Shown piece by piece: positions 62,697 through 64,000 of a stretch of DNA of 64,000 nt (its first letter is position 1; each line of letters opens with the position of its first letter). Location: contig CM119371.1 in the NCBI GenBank assembly GCA_051294905.1, positions 31,558,001 to 31,622,000 on the forward strand, written 5' to 3'. Below the pieces are notes generated by a model. The model was not told the origin of the DNA and did no database searches. It worked only from the letters and a program-made list of their open reading frames with translations. The position numbers and the translations under genes are program-made. This DNA is from Botryllus schlosseri (Eukaryota).

Positions 62697-64000
62697 TTAT
62701 TGGCATGCTCTTAACATTTTAAATCGTATTTCAGATCGGTCACGTCATCACTAAATTGTGATACTTTTTATTACTCTCGAATAACTATCGATGTTGTAAG
62801 AGCGATAATGCCATCAAAATACCCGTTTCCTTCGATCTGCGCTGCACTCGTATTTTTAAGGTCATTACTCTCGAACTTTTCAGAACGCGATCCAAATCCT
62901 AAAATGTACGACATCTCTCGACCCAGGCCTAACGTATAGCAGTAAATTCATATCTAATGTAAGCATGCTACGATTTACATGCACGTACGAGATAAAGAAG
63001 CAGACAATCAGTTTTGTACGATTCGCAGTTCCATGAAACATGATTCATTACCAAAACGTCAGTGATTCCTTAACGTCGATGCCACTTAAATTTTTCCTCG
63101 TATTTTTATTGCATGTCACGTACAGCAATGCATTTTATTGTCACGAGCTGCGTGCAGAACACTCAATCATTGGAATTGGCGATTGATTTTACAAAACCAA
63201 GCGCTGAACAACAATTTCCGCACTACCATGCGAAGTGCAGGTGTATTTCAAATCGAGACACCAGGTATTTTGTTCTCGTTACGATGGATAATGATAAGCC
63301 ATATGTGGAATTCTGTGTTATTCAGCCTCAAAAAGTTAAACTCAAACATTTCTATAATACCCGCATATTACAAACGTAATTTACATATTTTCAGAAACAC
63401 CTAAGAGCAGATTACTACAAATGGATTGTGTAATAAAGGGTTAGACACATTTTATATGATCAAGCTATATTGTCAGAGCAACTATTCTGCATTTGTCTCT
63501 AATTGACTACAGTACCTTACACGGTGCACTTTTTAATTCACTAAACATCCATATTAGCTGAAAGCGGGACAAATCATTTTTGCATGAAATTCGTCATCAT
63601 CCATTTTCTTTGGTAGTTATTGGGGTTCGCCGATCTCATCTACAACTGCACCTGATTCTTCCTCATCAACATTTAAATTCAAATTGATTTCATTAAAAAT
63701 TACATCGTTTTCTGAATGCTAGATTTCCAAAGAATATGGTGACCTGAGCCAAGAGCGTAATCAAAACCCACAACAAATGGCGCACACGACGAATCTCATG
63801 ATTTTTCTTGAATATCGATTTTGCGCCTCAATGACGTCTAGAGTCTACGATTGTGATGTTACAGACACTAGAAATTGTTATTTTTTTCTGGATTTGTAAT
63901 TGGAAATATAGAGCCGATTTACCCCCATTGACAAAAATGTTCCCGACTCCTGTCATACATGGACTAAAGAATATCCTTGACCAGGACCAAATGATCATGC

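Noticed and set aside
63113-63404. Plus-strand ORFs as a MULE-like transposase fragment (IDFTKP..QQFP)
   Set aside because: Motif match too weak, and no TIR or TSD was found.
63560-63800. Signal-peptide-like plus acidic stretch on the minus strand (RHLLWVLITLLAQV; SENDVIFNE..VDEEESG) as first exon
   Set aside because: The two parts are in different frames with stops, and the ATG is not in the hydrophobic frame.

Overview
AT-rich eukaryotic genomic DNA with spliceosomal GT-AG introns; an invertebrate, plausibly a tunicate (inference). No prokaryotic genes, rRNA, true tRNA genes or CRISPR arrays were seen, and almost all ORFs in the supplied track are chance ORFs or fragments. The dominant feature is one minus-strand gene of at least 30 exons (48689 down to 3085) that I spliced by hand into an uninterrupted frame of about 1,120 codons; neither its start nor its end is securely inside the window. 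It holds 11 tandem exon pairs. Each pair has an LDL-receptor class A (LDLa) exon of exactly 91 bp encoding only 5 of the 6 LDLa cysteines, followed by a 128-173 bp exon that starts with the DGSDE acidic motif. In 10 pairs this second exon continues into a 3-Cys module with a length-variable, Arg-rich loop and an almost fixed C-x13-C spacing. The array is followed by several divergent LDLa modules like those of LDLa-rich (GRL101-like) receptor ectodomains. All A exons are phase 1-2 and all B exons phase 2-1, so the array can be spliced or recombined combinatorially in frame. The introns and upstream region are packed with transposons: many hAT MITEs with clear 8-bp TSDs, a decayed hAT parent element nested in its own MITE, a 7.2-kb hAT element carrying a Gypsy-like remnant that lacks RT, Chapaev3-like elements, tRNA-derived SINEs and a 5'-truncated CR1/L2-type LINE. 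All translations and coordinates were done manually with no database searches.
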